Assembly (NCBI GenBank): GCA_951406725.2
Contig: OX597831.1
Location: 76,012,001-76,076,000 of the forward strand
DNA: 64,000 nt
Source of the DNA: Octopus vulgaris
Lineage: Eukaryota
Direction: 5' to 3'
The translations under genes were made by a program, and so were the position numbers. Below, in pieces: positions 25,938 to 40,314 of the stretch. The notes beneath the pieces were generated by a model, which saw nothing but the letters and a program-made list of their open reading frames with translations, was not told the DNA's origin and ran no database searches. Position 1 is the first letter of the stretch; each line of letters starts with the position of its first letter.

Positions 25938-28611
25938 TTCAGTAGTTTTATTTTTATAACGTGCTTTCACTTCACTACCGAGCGCAGCTCTGTGTGCCTT
26001 GGGTGTGCTGTGGTTTGTTGTAATGCTCTGATGGTTACTGTATTGAAAGTGTTCTGCGTAGGATGTGTGCAGTGCCTAGTAGTGCAATTTTCTCTATGTT
26101 ATATGTGTTTGTAAGTCCTGGTGTTTTTGTTATGTATTTGTCTGAATATTTTTTTATCATGCCTAATATTATGATAGGAATTGTTTCTGTTTTTAGATTC
26201 CACATTCTGGTTACCTCTATTTCCAGGTCTTTTTTATTTTGAAAGTTTCTCCATTTCTTTTAGAGACACGTTGTCATCAGCCGGTATTGATACATCAATC
26301 AGAAAGCAATTTCTTTCTTCATGATCTCTGAGAACTATATTTGGTCTGTTGACCTTAATTTCTCTCTCTGTGTGTATTGGCATATCCCAGAGTATGGTTG
26401 CTTTCTCGTTTTCTGTGACCTTTTCTGGTGTGTGCCTATACCATCTTTTTTCTGTTGTTATTCCATAATGTTGGCATAGCTTCCAGTGTATGTAGGTCCC
26501 AACTCTCGTGCCTGTGAATATATTCCTTCTTAGCCAAGACTGGGCAGCCAGAGATAATATGATTTATGGTTTCTTGTCCATCTTCACATATTCTGCAGTT
26601 ACTGTTATATTTCTTTTCATTACATGTTTTTGGTAATTCCTGGGAGGGGGGGAAAGCTTTGGTCTTGTGCTGCAATTAAAAAACCCACTGTCTCTGCTTT
26701 GAGTCCTGAGCTTCTCAACCACTGCCGGAATTTTTCTTTGTCTATTTCTTTTGCATTTAGTTTAGTCCAGTACTTGCCATGAAGGGGCTTTTCTTGCCAT
26801 CGTTTTATCATGATCCGTTGCTGTTCTAGTTTTAATTTGGATTTCATTTGTTTTATAGCTTTTGCTGTTTCTTCTTCTTCTTCTTCATATTTGTTAGGTG
26901 GTATGATTTCTTGTTTGTATTTGTCAGCTTCCTTAAATACTGAGAACAGTTTTTTGTTTTGCTCGTGTTTTGCCGCTATTTGTATCAGTTTTCCTTGCTT
27001 CTGAAGTAGGTATTTTTGCAGTCCTATGGTGGTTATTTTATAGTAGTTTTCCAGCTTTATAAGGTCTCTACCACCTTCTATACGTTGTTTATATAGCCTT
27101 TCTATGTCAGATTTTGGGTGATGCATCCTAGATCCTGTCATTATTTTTCTTGTTTTTCTATCTATTTTGATTAGTTCATTTAGTGTCCAGTTAAGTATAA
27201 TGTAGCTGTAACTTATAACTGGGACGGCTAAAGTGTTGATACCTATTATCTTGTTTTTAGCATTGAGCTCTGTTTTAGTATTGATCTAACTCGCCTATAG
27301 TATTCTTTCTTTATTTTCTCTTTCATTTGTGTGTGTTGTGTCTTATCTAGTTCATGGATTCCTAGATATTTGTAAGTTTGGCTTTGGTCTAATTCTTTTA
27401 TTTCATTGGTTTTATCTAGTGTGATGTTGCTACTCTTAACTAGTTTTCCTCTTTTCAGGGTTGCTTTGACGCATTTTTCTAATCCAAATTTCATATCTAT
27501 TCCTTTGGTTAATACATGAACTGTCTTTAGTAGTGTTTCCGGCTGTTTGTCATTTGTAACGTATAGTTTTAGGTCATCCATATATAAAAGGTGGCTAATT
27601 GTTTTGCTGTAACTTTTATATCCACATCCAGTTCTACTTAGCATATCAGATAGAGGTGACAGTGCCAAGCATAAAAGGAGTGGAGAGAGCGAGTCTCCCT
27701 GGAATAATCCTCTTCTAATGGGGATGGCTCTGGTTTTCATGAGTCCCTCTTTTGTTTGGAACTGTAGCACCGTCTCCTGTGTATTTTATATTTCTTGGTG
27801 CTACTTTGTTAATGGCTAGTGTTTCGAGGATCCATGTGTGGAGGATGCTTTCAAACGCCTTTCTGTAGTCGATCCAGGCCTTTCTTCTTTCTGTGGCTGT
27901 CTTCAGTTATGGCTTTATTGATCATTAGTTGATCTTTACAGCCATATGAGCCTTTGCGGCATCCTTTCTGCTCTTCTGGAAACAGGTTGTTTTCGTCCAG
28001 GTGCTTGTTTAATCTTTATGATATTACTGCAGTAAATGCTTTGTAGATTGTAGGGAGACAGGTTATAGGTCTGTAGTTTTCTGGTTTTGCTGTCTCATTG
28101 GATTTGGGAATTAAGATGGTTTCCCCTTCGTGAGCCATTCAGGCATTGTCTCTGGCTCTGCCAGTATGTTGTTAAAGTTTTCAGCCAGCTTTTTGTGCAT
28201 TCCTGGTAGATATTTCAACCAGAAGTTGGGGATCTTGTCATGCCCAGGTGCCTTCCAGTAGCTTAGTCTTTGCAGTGCCTGGGTGACCTCTTCAGTTGTT
28301 ATGGGGGTCCAAAGTTGCTCAGATGCTGAGTTAGTTGTTTTAATACTTCTTTTTTTTTGTTGTTGTTGTTCTTTCGCCAACCATATTCCTTTCCAGAATT
28401 CTTCCACTTCTTCTGCCGTTGGTGCTGCAATGATGTCTATTTTATTTTTGCCAAGTTCTTGGTAGAACTTTTTGGTGTTGGAGTTGAACTGTTTGTTTTG
28501 TTCAAAGAAACGTTGGCGTTTCTCATACCGGCGGATCCTTTGTGCTTTGGCAAGGATATCTTGCTTTAGCTTTTCTTTTATCTCAGGTAAATCTTTTTCT
28601 GTGATGTTGTA

Positions 28612-28614
<3 letters not shown>
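25938..28614 (-). mobile_element. R4/Dong-clade LINE copy 2 (RT + CCHC + RLE), 5'-truncated, frameshifted
   Basis: [59 protein letters not shown]; 3' half near-identical to copy 1; AAT-flanked. Confidence 0.92.
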
Positions 28615-28690
<76 letters not shown>

Positions 28691-28817
28691 GAGAGAGCAG
28701 TGCATGTCATCAAAGTGACACTGGGGTAATACATACGAAGCCCAGTATACCCATCATGACTATCCGTCTGATAAAGTTACACCAGACACATGCATCACAA
28801 TCAAATGTGCGCGACAT
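28691..28817 (-). mobile_element. Element D, short 3' fragment
   Basis: Reverse complement of the D terminal ~130 bp, between AAT arrays. Confidence 0.8.
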
Positions 28818-28839
28818 TTATCATTATTATTATTATTAC

Positions 28840-28913
<74 letters not shown>

Positions 28914-28918
<5 letters not shown>

Positions 28919-29509
28919 TAGTTCTATTTTTATAGCGTGCTTTCACTTCACTACCGAGCGCAGCTCTGTGTGCCTTGGCTATGTGCTGTGGTTTGTTGTG
29001 AAGCTCTTATTTTCACTGTAATGAAAGTGTTTTAGGTAAGATGTGTGCGGTGCATAGCAGTGCTATTTTCTATATGTTATATATACTTGAAAATCCTGGT
29101 GTTTTTGTTATGTATTTTTCATCATACCTAATGCACCTACTATGATCAGAATTGTTTCTGTTTTTAGGCCCTACATTCTAGTTACTTCTATTTCTAGGTC
29201 TTTGTATTTTGAAAGTTTCTCCGTGTCTTTTAGAGAAACATTGACGTCTGTTGGTATTGATTCATCAATTAGAAAGCATTTTTGTCTTCGTGATTTCTGA
29301 CAACTATATCTGACATATTAGCCTTAATTTCTCTGTCTGTGTGTATTGGCATATCCCATAGTATTGTTGCTTTCTCGTTTTCTGTGACCTTTTCTGGCGT
29401 CTGCTTATACCATCTTTTTTCTTTGCTATTCCATAGTGCTAGCATAGCTTCCAGTGTATGTAGGTCTCAATGTCGTGTCTGTGAATATATTCCTTCTTAG
29501 CAGGGACTG
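28914..29509 (-). mobile_element. R4/Dong-clade LINE copy 3 (3' ~600 bp, older)
   Basis: Same 3' UTR as copy 2 (TTCAGTAG..GTGCTTTCACTTCACTACCGAGCGCAGCTC) and RLE region; AAT-flanked. Confidence 0.85.
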
Positions 29510-29524
29510 ATTATTATTATTATT

Positions 29525-29963
29525 GAGTGAGAGAGCAGTGCGTGCCATCAAAGTGACACTGGGGTAAAATATACGAAGCCCAGTATACCCATCACGACTA
29601 CTCGTCTGATATGTGCGCGACATGGTGATCTCATATCAAGATAAACAGCACATGACCTTGCAGGTGGAGTCCAGTTAGAACTTTCTTCCAGAGGTGAATT
29701 ATTCAAACCCCAAAGAATCCCTCTCAACACATGACTATGATCCCCCCCATACTATTTCTGCTCTTGATCAGAGATGCACATATTGTCAGCCACTAAGGGT
29801 CAACTGGTTAAGGTCAAACAACTGACAAGCAAATCTGGTATTGAGCAGAATATTTGCTGTAGCCCATCTTTTATACCAAGACAAAACAATGTACATGATA
29901 ACACTTCCAATCAGTTAAGATCAGAAACCATGAGAGCCACTGTTTGGTATTGCATCAGAGCAT
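29525..29963 (-). mobile_element. Element D, copy with the longest 5' end and internal deletions
   Basis: Reverse complement of D; minus-strand start ATGCTCTGATGCAATACC. Confidence 0.85.
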
Positions 29964-29981
29964 TTATTATCATTATTATTA

Positions 29982-30118
<137 letters not shown>

Positions 30119-30996
30119 TACTAGGTAATTGATTGTAGAGAATTAGTTAATTAACGATAGAAGTGTGTGTTTGGGTAGGCGTTAGGATTACATTGAAACA
30201 GGGACCACATTTTTGGAGGATGGAGGAATTAAAATCGATTAAATCGACTCCATTACAACACTGGTATGTACTATTGTGACTAGTGACCATAGTGTGAATT
30301 TGGTTCATAGAAATATGAAAGAAGTCTGATAAGCTTTATACAATGGGAACATACCGAGCTTATCCCTTACAACAGCAACTGTTTTTATCTTTCATTCAAG
30401 AGAGGAATCAGGGGCTATGATCCTTGACAAAACCTGCCATAGCGGTAGGGAGGGCGATATCCTTGAACCACAGACTTGGCCTGTATGCTTGTTGCAGAAT
30501 TGACTTTAGTAAAAGTACCCCAGATATCAGGTAATTATGTTAAATCAGGTGCCCCTTTCAGTCTACCATTCAAGTAGGACATGGCGGGACTTGAACTCAG
30601 AATGCAATGAATTTGAACAAATACCACAAGACACCCGTCCTAACGTTCATTCAGTTTCGTCAATTTGTCGCCCTGGATTAGCCTTTTTTTTATCGACCCC
30701 GAAAGGATAAAAGGAAAGCTTAACCTTGACAGGATTTGAACTCAGAGAGCGGTATGTCGGAACATTTACCGCGGAGAAGTCTATCCGGCGCTCTATCGAC
30801 TGAATCCATTCGCCATCATGCAAATTAGACATTCTCTATACGTATCGGGAAAATGTTATTGTCTTCATTGTAAGTAATTACTCACTCTCCGGAACAGACA
30901 GCTTCAAGAATTCTTAAGGTTGCTGCAAATGGTAGGATATTCAAAATCACTGAATTCTTTCCTGGTAAAAATACTGCACCATAATCATTGGCACTA

Positions 30997-31330
30997 GTCT
31001 CCTGGTCAGTGGTTAGAGCGTCGAGCTTACGATCGTGAAGTTGTGAGTTCGAATCCCGGACCGGACTGCGTGTTGTGTTCTTGAGCAAGACACTTTAATT
31101 CACGTTGCTGCAGTTCACTCAGCTGTAGAAATGAGTTGCGACGTCACAGGTGCCAAGCTGTGTCGGCCCTTTTGCCTTTCCCTGGGATAATACTGGTGGC
31201 GTGGAGAGGAGAGGCCGGTATGCATGGGCGACTGCTGGCCTTCCGTGAACATCATTGCCCTAACTTTTGGCTGGGAGGGTAACTTTCTAGGTGCAATCCC
31301 ATGGTCAGTCATAACCAAAGGGGGTCTCAG
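30997..31330 (+). mobile_element. tRNA-derived CORE-type SINE (family C variant)
   Basis: A box TGGTCAGTGG, B box GTTCGAATCC, then GTGTTCTTGAGCAAGACACTTTAATTCAC..CACTCAGCTG. Confidence 0.8.
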
Positions 31331-32463
31331 CAGCCCCCTTTTCAGGTACCGAAAATACTCCCCCTAACACACAACTATTATTAGTAGCCCTTTACAAAAC
31401 TCAGGGGGTCACACACAATGAAATATTAATTCTCACCTCTGAGACGATACAGTTGCCGCACGAAAATGTTCAAGATGCCATCTTAAGAAATGTCACTCTG
31501 CTAATTTTATATTCAAGTACTAAAGGACTCACTACAGCCTTTTAGCCACAGGAGTATTGTCTCATCGCTCTCTCTCTCTCTTACTCCTATAGTAGCATCT
31601 GTCTATCGGAGCTGCCCCGTCTCGTACCACCAATACTAAGGCACCTCCGGCCGACTCGTCTTCCTATCTCTCGTACAACTCATTCTGACTCGCACAAATT
31701 ACTATGCTTATTCCTCTCACAGCATCTTCTCCCTGTTCCTGTCTTTCCTTCGGCTGTTGACCCACAACAGTTGAAACATAACCTTCATCCCTTTACAGCA
31801 GCAGTCACATATCTCCACTCAAAACTTCATTACCCTTAACTGCAGAAAGCAGTTTTGTATCTCAATCTATCTTTTGCTAAAAAATAAAAATGTCCTGTTT
31901 GAAAATATTTTCTGTTGAGATTATGTTGAGCTTATTGAAGCAACGTGGTTTGCAGAAAATATCTAATCTATTTTTTGGTAGATATTTAGGATAGATACTG
32001 GAATAGCCATGAAACCTAATTTCGAAGTTAAAGAGTTAAAAACAAGCTCACTGATCTTGAATAACCAAATAAACGCCATGGCCAGTTATCTCTTCCACTC
32101 AACTCAGTAATTAAAACAGAAGAAAAATTAGGCTTATTCGATTGAATAATTATAAAGTCAATCCCCAACACACTCCCAAAGACGTGCTGGGACCTCTGCT
32201 TTTTCTACTGCGGCTCCAATGACCTCTGTTTTTCAGAGTTTTCTCCTCTCGTGCCATCTCCACTCAAGCGTACCCAACTCCCACGTTTCGTTTTGTCTCG
32301 TCGCCTGCCTTTCATCCATCATTGCCCACCACATCCCCTACTAACAACAATGCTCAATCCTTTTTCGTCAGAGCTTCGTCCCTGCGAAATTCGCTTCCTA
32401 GTCATGTTTACTCCTGCTGCTGCCAACTTTCAACAGTTAAAGTGCAATGCTAGCGGTATCGAA

Positions 32464-32693
32464 GGCGGCGAGCTGGCAGAAACGTTAGCACGCCGGGCGA
32501 AATGCTTAGCGGTATTTCGTCTGCGTTACGTTGTGAGTTCAAATTCCGCCGAGGTCGACTTTGCTTTTCATCCTTTCGGGGTCGATAAATTAAGTACCAG
32601 TTACGCACTGGGGTCGATGTAATCGACTTAATACATATGTCTGTCCTTGTTTGTCCCCTCTGTGTTTAGCCCCTTGTGGGTAATAAAGAAATA
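32464..32693 (+). mobile_element. SINE A2, full length with TSD GGTATCGAA(G)
   Basis: TSD at 32455-32464 and 32694-32703. Confidence 0.92.
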
Positions 32694-32858
32694 GGTATCG
32701 AAGAGTCTGCAAAAAACCCCATGGACTTTGTCCCTTCCCGAGGATCGAAATCAAAATAACGCTATGGAGTGTTTTATTTGATTATTTCTCGTTTCTGATG
32801 CACCATCGCCCTTTTCTCATCACCTCCACTTCTACAGCTAGTACTGCTGCTGCTGATA

Positions 32859-32914
<56 letters not shown>

Positions 32915-32974
32915 AAGAGAGTAATGGTGGTGTTGGAAATGGTACTGGAAGCTGAGGTCAGCTCTAATCTTGTT

Positions 32975-33275
32975 TTGTGTGGGAACCAGAGCTTACGAAT
33001 GTACAGTCATCCGTTCGATTCATGGACAGAGCGGTGCGATGTATCCTTGGGCGAGACACTTCATTTCACATTGCTCCAGTCCACTCAGCTGTAAACGGGT
33101 ATATCCTAGGATGGAACTTCCCGCCCCCGCCTCACCGATCAGGGGGAATGTTGGCCTGCCCCCACTTAGCCAGCGGAGTGGTATCGTTCGAAAGCGACAA
33201 ACGATGCAAAGCGCATTGTGACTAGCGATGTATAACGACATCGGTATAGTCTGGTCAATACCGCGATACCATGAT
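32975..33275 (+). mobile_element. Diverged CORE-type SINE (family C variant)
   Basis: GTTCGATTC B box, TCCTTGGGCGAGACACTTCATTTCACATTGCTCCAGTCCACTCAGCTG. Confidence 0.65.
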
Positions 33276-33824
33276 ATATAAATATATAGTCTTTGAGTCC
33301 ATGAGATTGTGAAAGCTTTATCCATGTTGTAAGAAGTCTCAGAGTGTCGACTCCTTATTCGTGCAGATTTTTGTTAGAAAAAAGAAAAAAAAGTGGGCCG
33401 TCGTGGAGAATAGATTTGTTGAAAATAATTGCCATTTGCATTCAATTAGAGCAAAAACTGTTAATAATCAAGCAAATGATATTAATTACATTAGCAACAA
33501 CGTCATTGTACAATTGAGACTGTTTATTTAAACAAATGAAGATTTCTGAGCAATTAAATATTATCTTAAACGTGTATACATCCTGGATGGGCGATTCACG
33601 CTTAAACAAAACCAATGAATAAAAAAAAAAGGGGCGAAAATATATCAAGAAAAAAAAAAAAGCAAAATTAAATGAATGAATAAATTAATAAATGAAGTTT
33701 TTATACTTGGAGCCATGGATGTGGTCGTTCGACTTCAAGTTGGGCGACGTCGCTCAACGCAATCGGATAAACACAATGAGTGTTATTGATAAGACTGAAG
33801 ATGAGGACAAGCTTGTTGTTGTTG

Positions 33825-33931
33825 ATCATCATCATCGTCGTCATCATCATCATCATCGTCGTCGTCGTCATCATCATCGTCATCATCATCATCATCACCA
33901 CCACCATCATCATCATCATCATCACCACCAC

Positions 33932-33963
<32 letters not shown>

Positions 33964-34206
33964 CCACCATCTTCTTCTTCTTCTTCTTGCCCCTCATCCT
34001 ACGCTTTTCTCTATCTCTTTTCCGTTCTCCTTTTTTCTCTTTTTTCTTCTTTCCTACGTTTTCTCTTTCTCTTCTGTTCTTCCTTCTCCTTTTTATTATT
34101 ATCATTAATATTATTATTATTATCATTATCATCATTATTATTATCATTATTATCATTATTATCATTATTATTAGTATTATTATTAATATTATTGTTGTTG
34201 TTGTTG

Positions 34207-34259
<53 letters not shown>

Positions 34260-34293
34260 GTTATTATTGTTATTATTATTATTATTGTTATTG

Positions 34294-34339
<46 letters not shown>

Positions 34340-34377
34340 CATTATTATTATTATTATTATCATTATTATTATTATTA

Positions 34378-34441
<64 letters not shown>

Positions 34442-34457
34442 CATTATTATTATTATT
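33825..34457. repeat. Compound trinucleotide microsatellite (CAT/CGT/CAC, CTT, ATT/ATC/GTT)
   Basis: Directly visible. Confidence 0.95.
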
Positions 34458-35128
34458 CCTGCGACATTGTACAGAGGGATTTCAGAAAAGTTGCTGAAGC
34501 ATATCTCTGACGTGTGTGGAGGAAATCTCATTAGAGTATTCAATCTGGGGGCGATTAAAGATTCGTTTTAAGACGGCTTGTTATATGTATCCTATTATTT
34601 ATTTAAAAATGTGGTCAGTCACTCATTTCTTGTGATTCAATCAACAAATAGCTGAGGGGTGTATACAATGTCTGGGTTAAGAGGGATCCGGGTAGAGGGG
34701 TGTAAAGGATGCGTGCAGATAGCTGGGAGTCATTGAAGGGACTTAGTTTGAGTCGGGTCTTTTAGCGGAGATAATTGTGTCGGAGAGACGGTTTCTGAAT
34801 GTCGTCTTACTGGAGACGACCAGACATGGATGCGAGAGCTTAGATCCAGGCTTTCACAGCATCAACGATTAGAAGTCATATTTACACACACACACGCTCA
34901 CTTACACGCACGCACGCAAATACGAGCCATCGAGAGAACATCTACGCAAATGGGTTTTGTTTTTTTATCTGCTAGAAGTAGGACCCAAATCCAAAATGAC
35001 CTTGGACAAAGCAACTACACATTCACGCGCGCGTTGCAGTGTTTTTTCTTATGCCCTCGAAATAACAGCAAAATCTTCCTCAAATTTAATTCTATCGTTT
35101 TAAATAAAGAAGAATTGAGAAATGTACA

Positions 35129-35200
<72 letters not shown>

Positions 35201-35207
35201 ATATATA

Positions 35208-35576
35208 CTAGCAGTATCGCCCGGCGTTGCTCAGGTTTGTAAGGGAAATAATTATAAAGCATTTTTAGAGAGTTATAGCCAAAAAATAACAAAAAAATGA
35301 TGGTAAATTTTTTTTTGAGTTAAAAGAGGTTGAGTTGCGTCCCCTAGACAGTCTGTGGTTTGTTTCTGATTCTCGACCCCATGTCGATTTTATCGATTTT
35401 TTCAGAACTGGGGAACTTTTCAAAATTTTCGCTGCGTTAGTTTTGAATTATGACATTGGGCTATGTGTGTGTCAAGTTTCATCAGAATCGGTTGAAAGCC
35501 GTGGTCAGGGTGAGGGTACAAGCAAACAGACACACAGAAACACGCACAGACAAACTGCCGTTTATATATAGAGAGA
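35208..35576 (-). mobile_element. Non-autonomous Helitron inserted in (TA)n
   Basis: Minus strand begins A|TCTCTCTATATATAAACGGC and ends with hairpin CCTGAGCAACGCCGGG + 8 nt + CTAG|T; no TSD. Confidence 0.85.
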
Positions 35577-35591
35577 TATATATATATATAT

Positions 35592-35647
<56 letters not shown>

Positions 35648-35648
35648 C

Positions 35649-35826
<178 letters not shown>

Positions 35827-36234
35827 ATAAAAGACGTGATGAGCTCATCTGGAAGTTTGTTTTCATGAAAGGTCACCATCGGCAAAAACAACCACCATAT
35901 ACACACATGCTCATACATGCGCACTCATACATACACACATACACGCAAACACAGTCACCTCATGCATACATAAACGCATACATACATACATGCAATCACA
36001 CACGGACACGAGCAAATGAGAGAACGTCTCCGTAGTTGGTGTCTGTATCAGCTAGAAGTAGAAACCAAATCTCCTTCAACTCTCATCCTACCGCCTTTAA
36101 TAAGGGATGAGGCATTGAACAATGTAATGCTGGATATATAAAAACTGGTTATTCCAAAGATGGTATGGTCACATCTGAAAGCCACTGATTACGGCTGCAA
36201 GTTTACTTGACGGAAGATGACATTAAGCAAAAAA

Positions 36235-36315
<81 letters not shown>

Positions 36316-37178
36316 AGAAGACTACCAATATTTTGTGTTTGCTTGGCACAATCTACATTGGGAGGGATTTAACATAACAGCGCTCTGTTATGAAGAAAAC
36401 GCTTATCGTTTATACAATGCTCTTGCGAAGAACAAATGCCATCGGGTGTGATTCTTCATGGCACTTATTTGCTTCACGGTAAACCAAAACAGCGGAAGTT
36501 AAATGACTTTGTGGCAGAACACGGCGCAGTGTCACGATACGACCCATGGCTGTTCAGTGTACAAGGCTTACATCTTAACCAATTCGCTATTTTTCTCGTT
36601 TGGTATCCCCGTTTCGAAATGCTAAAATAAGTGGCCAGAAATTCCTCAAATCACACTTTTCGTCTTCAGGAAAAGGAATGAAGCGTTTGATAATAATTTG
36701 GACACACAAAATGACTAGATGATTACGGTTGCAGCATATTTGAATATAAATTAAGGGCCTCCATTGGTCAAGGTTAATTGTGTATCCGCTCATGTAGGGA
36801 CAAGTTTGAGCAAGATTTCTGTTCAAGAAGACTGGAATTTGTCCATGCATGCAAGTCTCTTCACCTCATTGAACACCATCAATGTTTATCCAAGGAAAAG
36901 GCCGCCAAACTGAACCGGTATATCTTGGTACCAATGTTTCAGACGTTAGTGTTAGAACAACAAAGAACCAGAATAAAAACCACTAGGTATCCTTCATGAC
37001 TCCCTACCAGTTCCTCCAATCCATCACCTTGGAATTGCCTTTTTCTTTAATGATTCTGAAAAAAATGAAAGACAAAGTTGACCTCCCTGGGATTTGAACT
37101 CAAATCGCAGATGGTCGGAACAAACACCACAAGGTATTATATCCAGTGCTGTAATGGCTGTACCAATTCGTCACTTGT

Positions 37179-37286
<108 letters not shown>

Positions 37287-37287
37287 G

Positions 37288-37354
<67 letters not shown>

Positions 37355-37559
37355 GTATATATATGTATATATATATATGTATGTATATGTATATATATAT
37401 ATGTATTATATATATAATATAAATACATAGATATATATATATATATATGTAAATATATAATATAAATACATACATATATATATATATATAATATAAATAA
37501 TATATAAATATCATATAAATATATGCATATATACATACATATATGTACATACCTACAAA

Positions 37560-37900
37560 TATATGTATATATACATGCATATATGGGTACAGGACATCAA
37601 AAATCGTGGACACAATAAGAAACGAAAACATAAAAAGCAAAAACGAATTTTTTTCGAACAACGAAAAAACAGAGAAATGAGACATGCAACATAAAGTACA
37701 TTCCCTTCATCAGTTGTCCCCTGTTTTATCTACTCCGCGTTCCGAAGGGAAGGACAATACTCGACCTCGTTAAAACACTCCTTCCTGTAAAGCAAATTAA
37801 ATAAAATTTGGGATTTTTGCGGAGGTAACAAGAACAGGACAGTGAGATCAAACGGTGAGGACTGTTGAGCCAAGACAATGTGAAGTTATGAACGCTGGGA
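37560..37900 (-). mobile_element. TA-associated dispersed repeat, probable Penelope pLTR region
   Basis: Minus strand GACAACTGATG..TTTATGTT..GTCCTGTACCCATATATG shared with ~22385-22560 (+) and partly ~11840-11910. Confidence 0.45.
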
Positions 37901-38138
37901 AAACGAGCTTTGAGAAGAGACAGATAAAGCCCGTCTTGTCTTTAGGGGGGAGAAGTGGAAGAAAGAAAGATAGATGCTCTTTCGTCACGTGTGAGCAGCG
38001 AGAGAGTCAAGAAGGAAGAGTGAGAGAGGGAGAGAGAGAGAGGGAACGGTGAAGGGGAAAGGAGAAGAATAGGGAAAGGGTGGGAGAGAAAAACAGATAG
38101 GAAGAAGAACAATAGAGGGAGATAGATAGACAGAGAAG

Positions 38139-38267
<129 letters not shown>

Positions 38268-38357
38268 ATTAATTAATAAGGGTGAGAGAATTAGATACTA
38301 ATTTAATAGTATATTTATTCCACACCAAGTGGCCTAGTGCTACGAGAAACCTGGATT

Positions 38358-38438
<81 letters not shown>

Positions 38439-38493
38439 CATACATACATATATATATACACATATATATATATATATATATATATAGTATAAA

Positions 38494-38790
38494 GGCGCGT
38501 GGTTTAGAGGATAGGGCATTCGGCTCACTATCATAAGGTCGTGAGTTCATTTCCCGGCGACGTGCGCTATGTCCTTGAGCAAGACACTTTATTTCACTTT
38601 ATTGCACCAGTCCACTCAGCTAGCAAAAATGAGTAGAACCTGTATTTCAAAGGGCCAGCCTTGTCACCCTGAATTTCCCTGAGAACTACGTTAAGGGTAT
38701 GCATGTCTGTGGAGTGCTCAGCCACTTGTACGTTAATTTCACGAGCAAGGTGTTCCATTGATCGTATCAGCTGGGACCCTCGTCGTCGTG
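38494..38790 (+). mobile_element. SINE family C
   Basis: GCGCGTGGTTTAGAGG..GTGAGTTC..GTCCTTGAGCAAGACACTTTATTTCAC..GAGAACTACGTTAAGGGTA..GTCTGTGGAGTGCTCAGCC; homologous to ~50020-50372 (-) and ~56205-56525 (+). Confidence 0.85.
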
Positions 38791-38989
38791 CTCCTCCTTT
38801 ATATATACAAATATATACAAATAATGGGGTGGATTTGATTGACTAAAGTCTTCAAGCAGTGCCCCAGCATGACCACAATCCACTAACTGAAGCAAATAAA
38901 AGAACCCACATATAACAGCATTCAAACTAAAAGTTAACGTAAAGACAAATACGAATAAGTATTAAGATTTGGAGTTTTAAAGAAATTTC

Positions 38990-39290
38990 TGCGAAACCGG
39001 AGAAAGATATCGAACATACTTCATAAGAAATGAAAAGCAAGGTGCACTGGCAGAAGTCTGCCTTGCATGTGGCCACAACTGGACAACAAAATTTCTGAGC
39101 GGGTTCCTGGAATGCGTCAAGACTGGAAATATGTAGCAGGCAGGGCATAAACGAAAACAAAGAAGAGCGGAATTTGGGGCTTCAAAGCAAGTACCGGATG
39201 CTTCACAAGTTTTAGGAGACGGTTATGTTTTAGTGTTACCTCAGAAGAAACCGAAGATTGCACAATAACCTGCCTGGTGAATAGGTCTCA
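38990..39290 (+). pseudogene. pogo/Tigger-like transposase CENP-B HTH remnant
   Basis: WPQLDNKISERV..RQ and FKASTGCF..F.RR..QKKPKIAQ*PA (cf. WP.LE..L..WV, FKAS.GW..RF..R, T.IAQKLP) across frameshifts. Confidence 0.55.
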
Positions 39291-39854
39291 AAATAATGAA
39301 AACAGTGTGATGTTGCATGATTTTAATGGACTTTTGTTTGAAATTTTTAATATTCATTTATCATGTAATTTCTTATTTAAGTCCATATTAAATTTATACG
39401 TCAGTTTTATGTGCATAAATAAAGTTTAAAGATTAATCTTTCTACACCACATTTATCATATTTATTGTTCTTGTTTTATATTTGTAACCTTAGATTATAT
39501 TGAATGGTATTAATTAGTCATAAAAATTCTGAATTAATATATTGATAAACAATAATATGATGAGTGTGATTTCGACCAGTGAAGACGACTAAGTATGAGG
39601 GATACAATTAGGGTGATATATACTTAGATATGTGCTTACATGTGCACACTTGATAATTGTAGGAGCTGTTGTAGGAGCGAATGGTTAAGTTTGCTTTACA
39701 GCTACAAGATCACGATTTCGATCCCACTGCGTTGCTTCTTGGGTTATTTTCTACATTATTTTCTATTTTCTATAATTGTATTGAATCTTGACAGGTGGAT
39801 TGTACTTGTAATTCAAAAGATATAACCTTGTTGTACACAGTATGTCACATTTCA

Positions 39855-40230
39855 GGCAGTGAGCTAGCGGAATCGTTTGTACACCGAACAAAATACTTAG
39901 CGACATTTCATCCGTCTTTACGTCCTGAGTTCAAATTCCGCCGAGATCGACTTTGTCTTTCATCCTTTCAGGATCAATAAAATAAGTACCAGTTGAGCAC
40001 TGGGGGTCGATATAATCGACTTACTTCTCTTGAATTGTTGGCCTTGTGCTTATAGTAGAATTATTATTAATTGATCGGAAGGGAGAATTGGCAGAATAGT
40101 TAGTGCAGTGTTTAGTTACCACTTTTTATATTCTGAGTTCAAACCACGGCAAGGGCAATTTCACTCTTCATCCTTGGAAGAGCAATAAAATACCAGTCAA
40201 ATACTGGGGGAATTCAATCGACGAACATCT
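39855..40230 (+). mobile_element. Two SINE A copies (second diverged)
   Basis: A head and core motifs. Confidence 0.75.
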
Positions 40231-40314
40231 CACAAATTTCTACTCTGAGGTTTATATAAGAAATATTTTTTGCTCCAAGGAGTTGTTATTGTTTTTCCTT
40301 TTAACAATTTAAAA

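Noticed and set aside
28111-28734. Apparent fusion ORF of element D, poly-Ile and Dong RT
   Set aside because: Chance in-frame read through an AAT array between separate insertions.
30997-31070. tRNA-like sequence with A and B boxes
   Set aside because: No acceptor stem; continues into a CORE-type SINE body.
33692-34571. Long ORFs with poly-His, poly-Ile and poly-Met
   Set aside because: Translations of compound trinucleotide microsatellites; no domain content.
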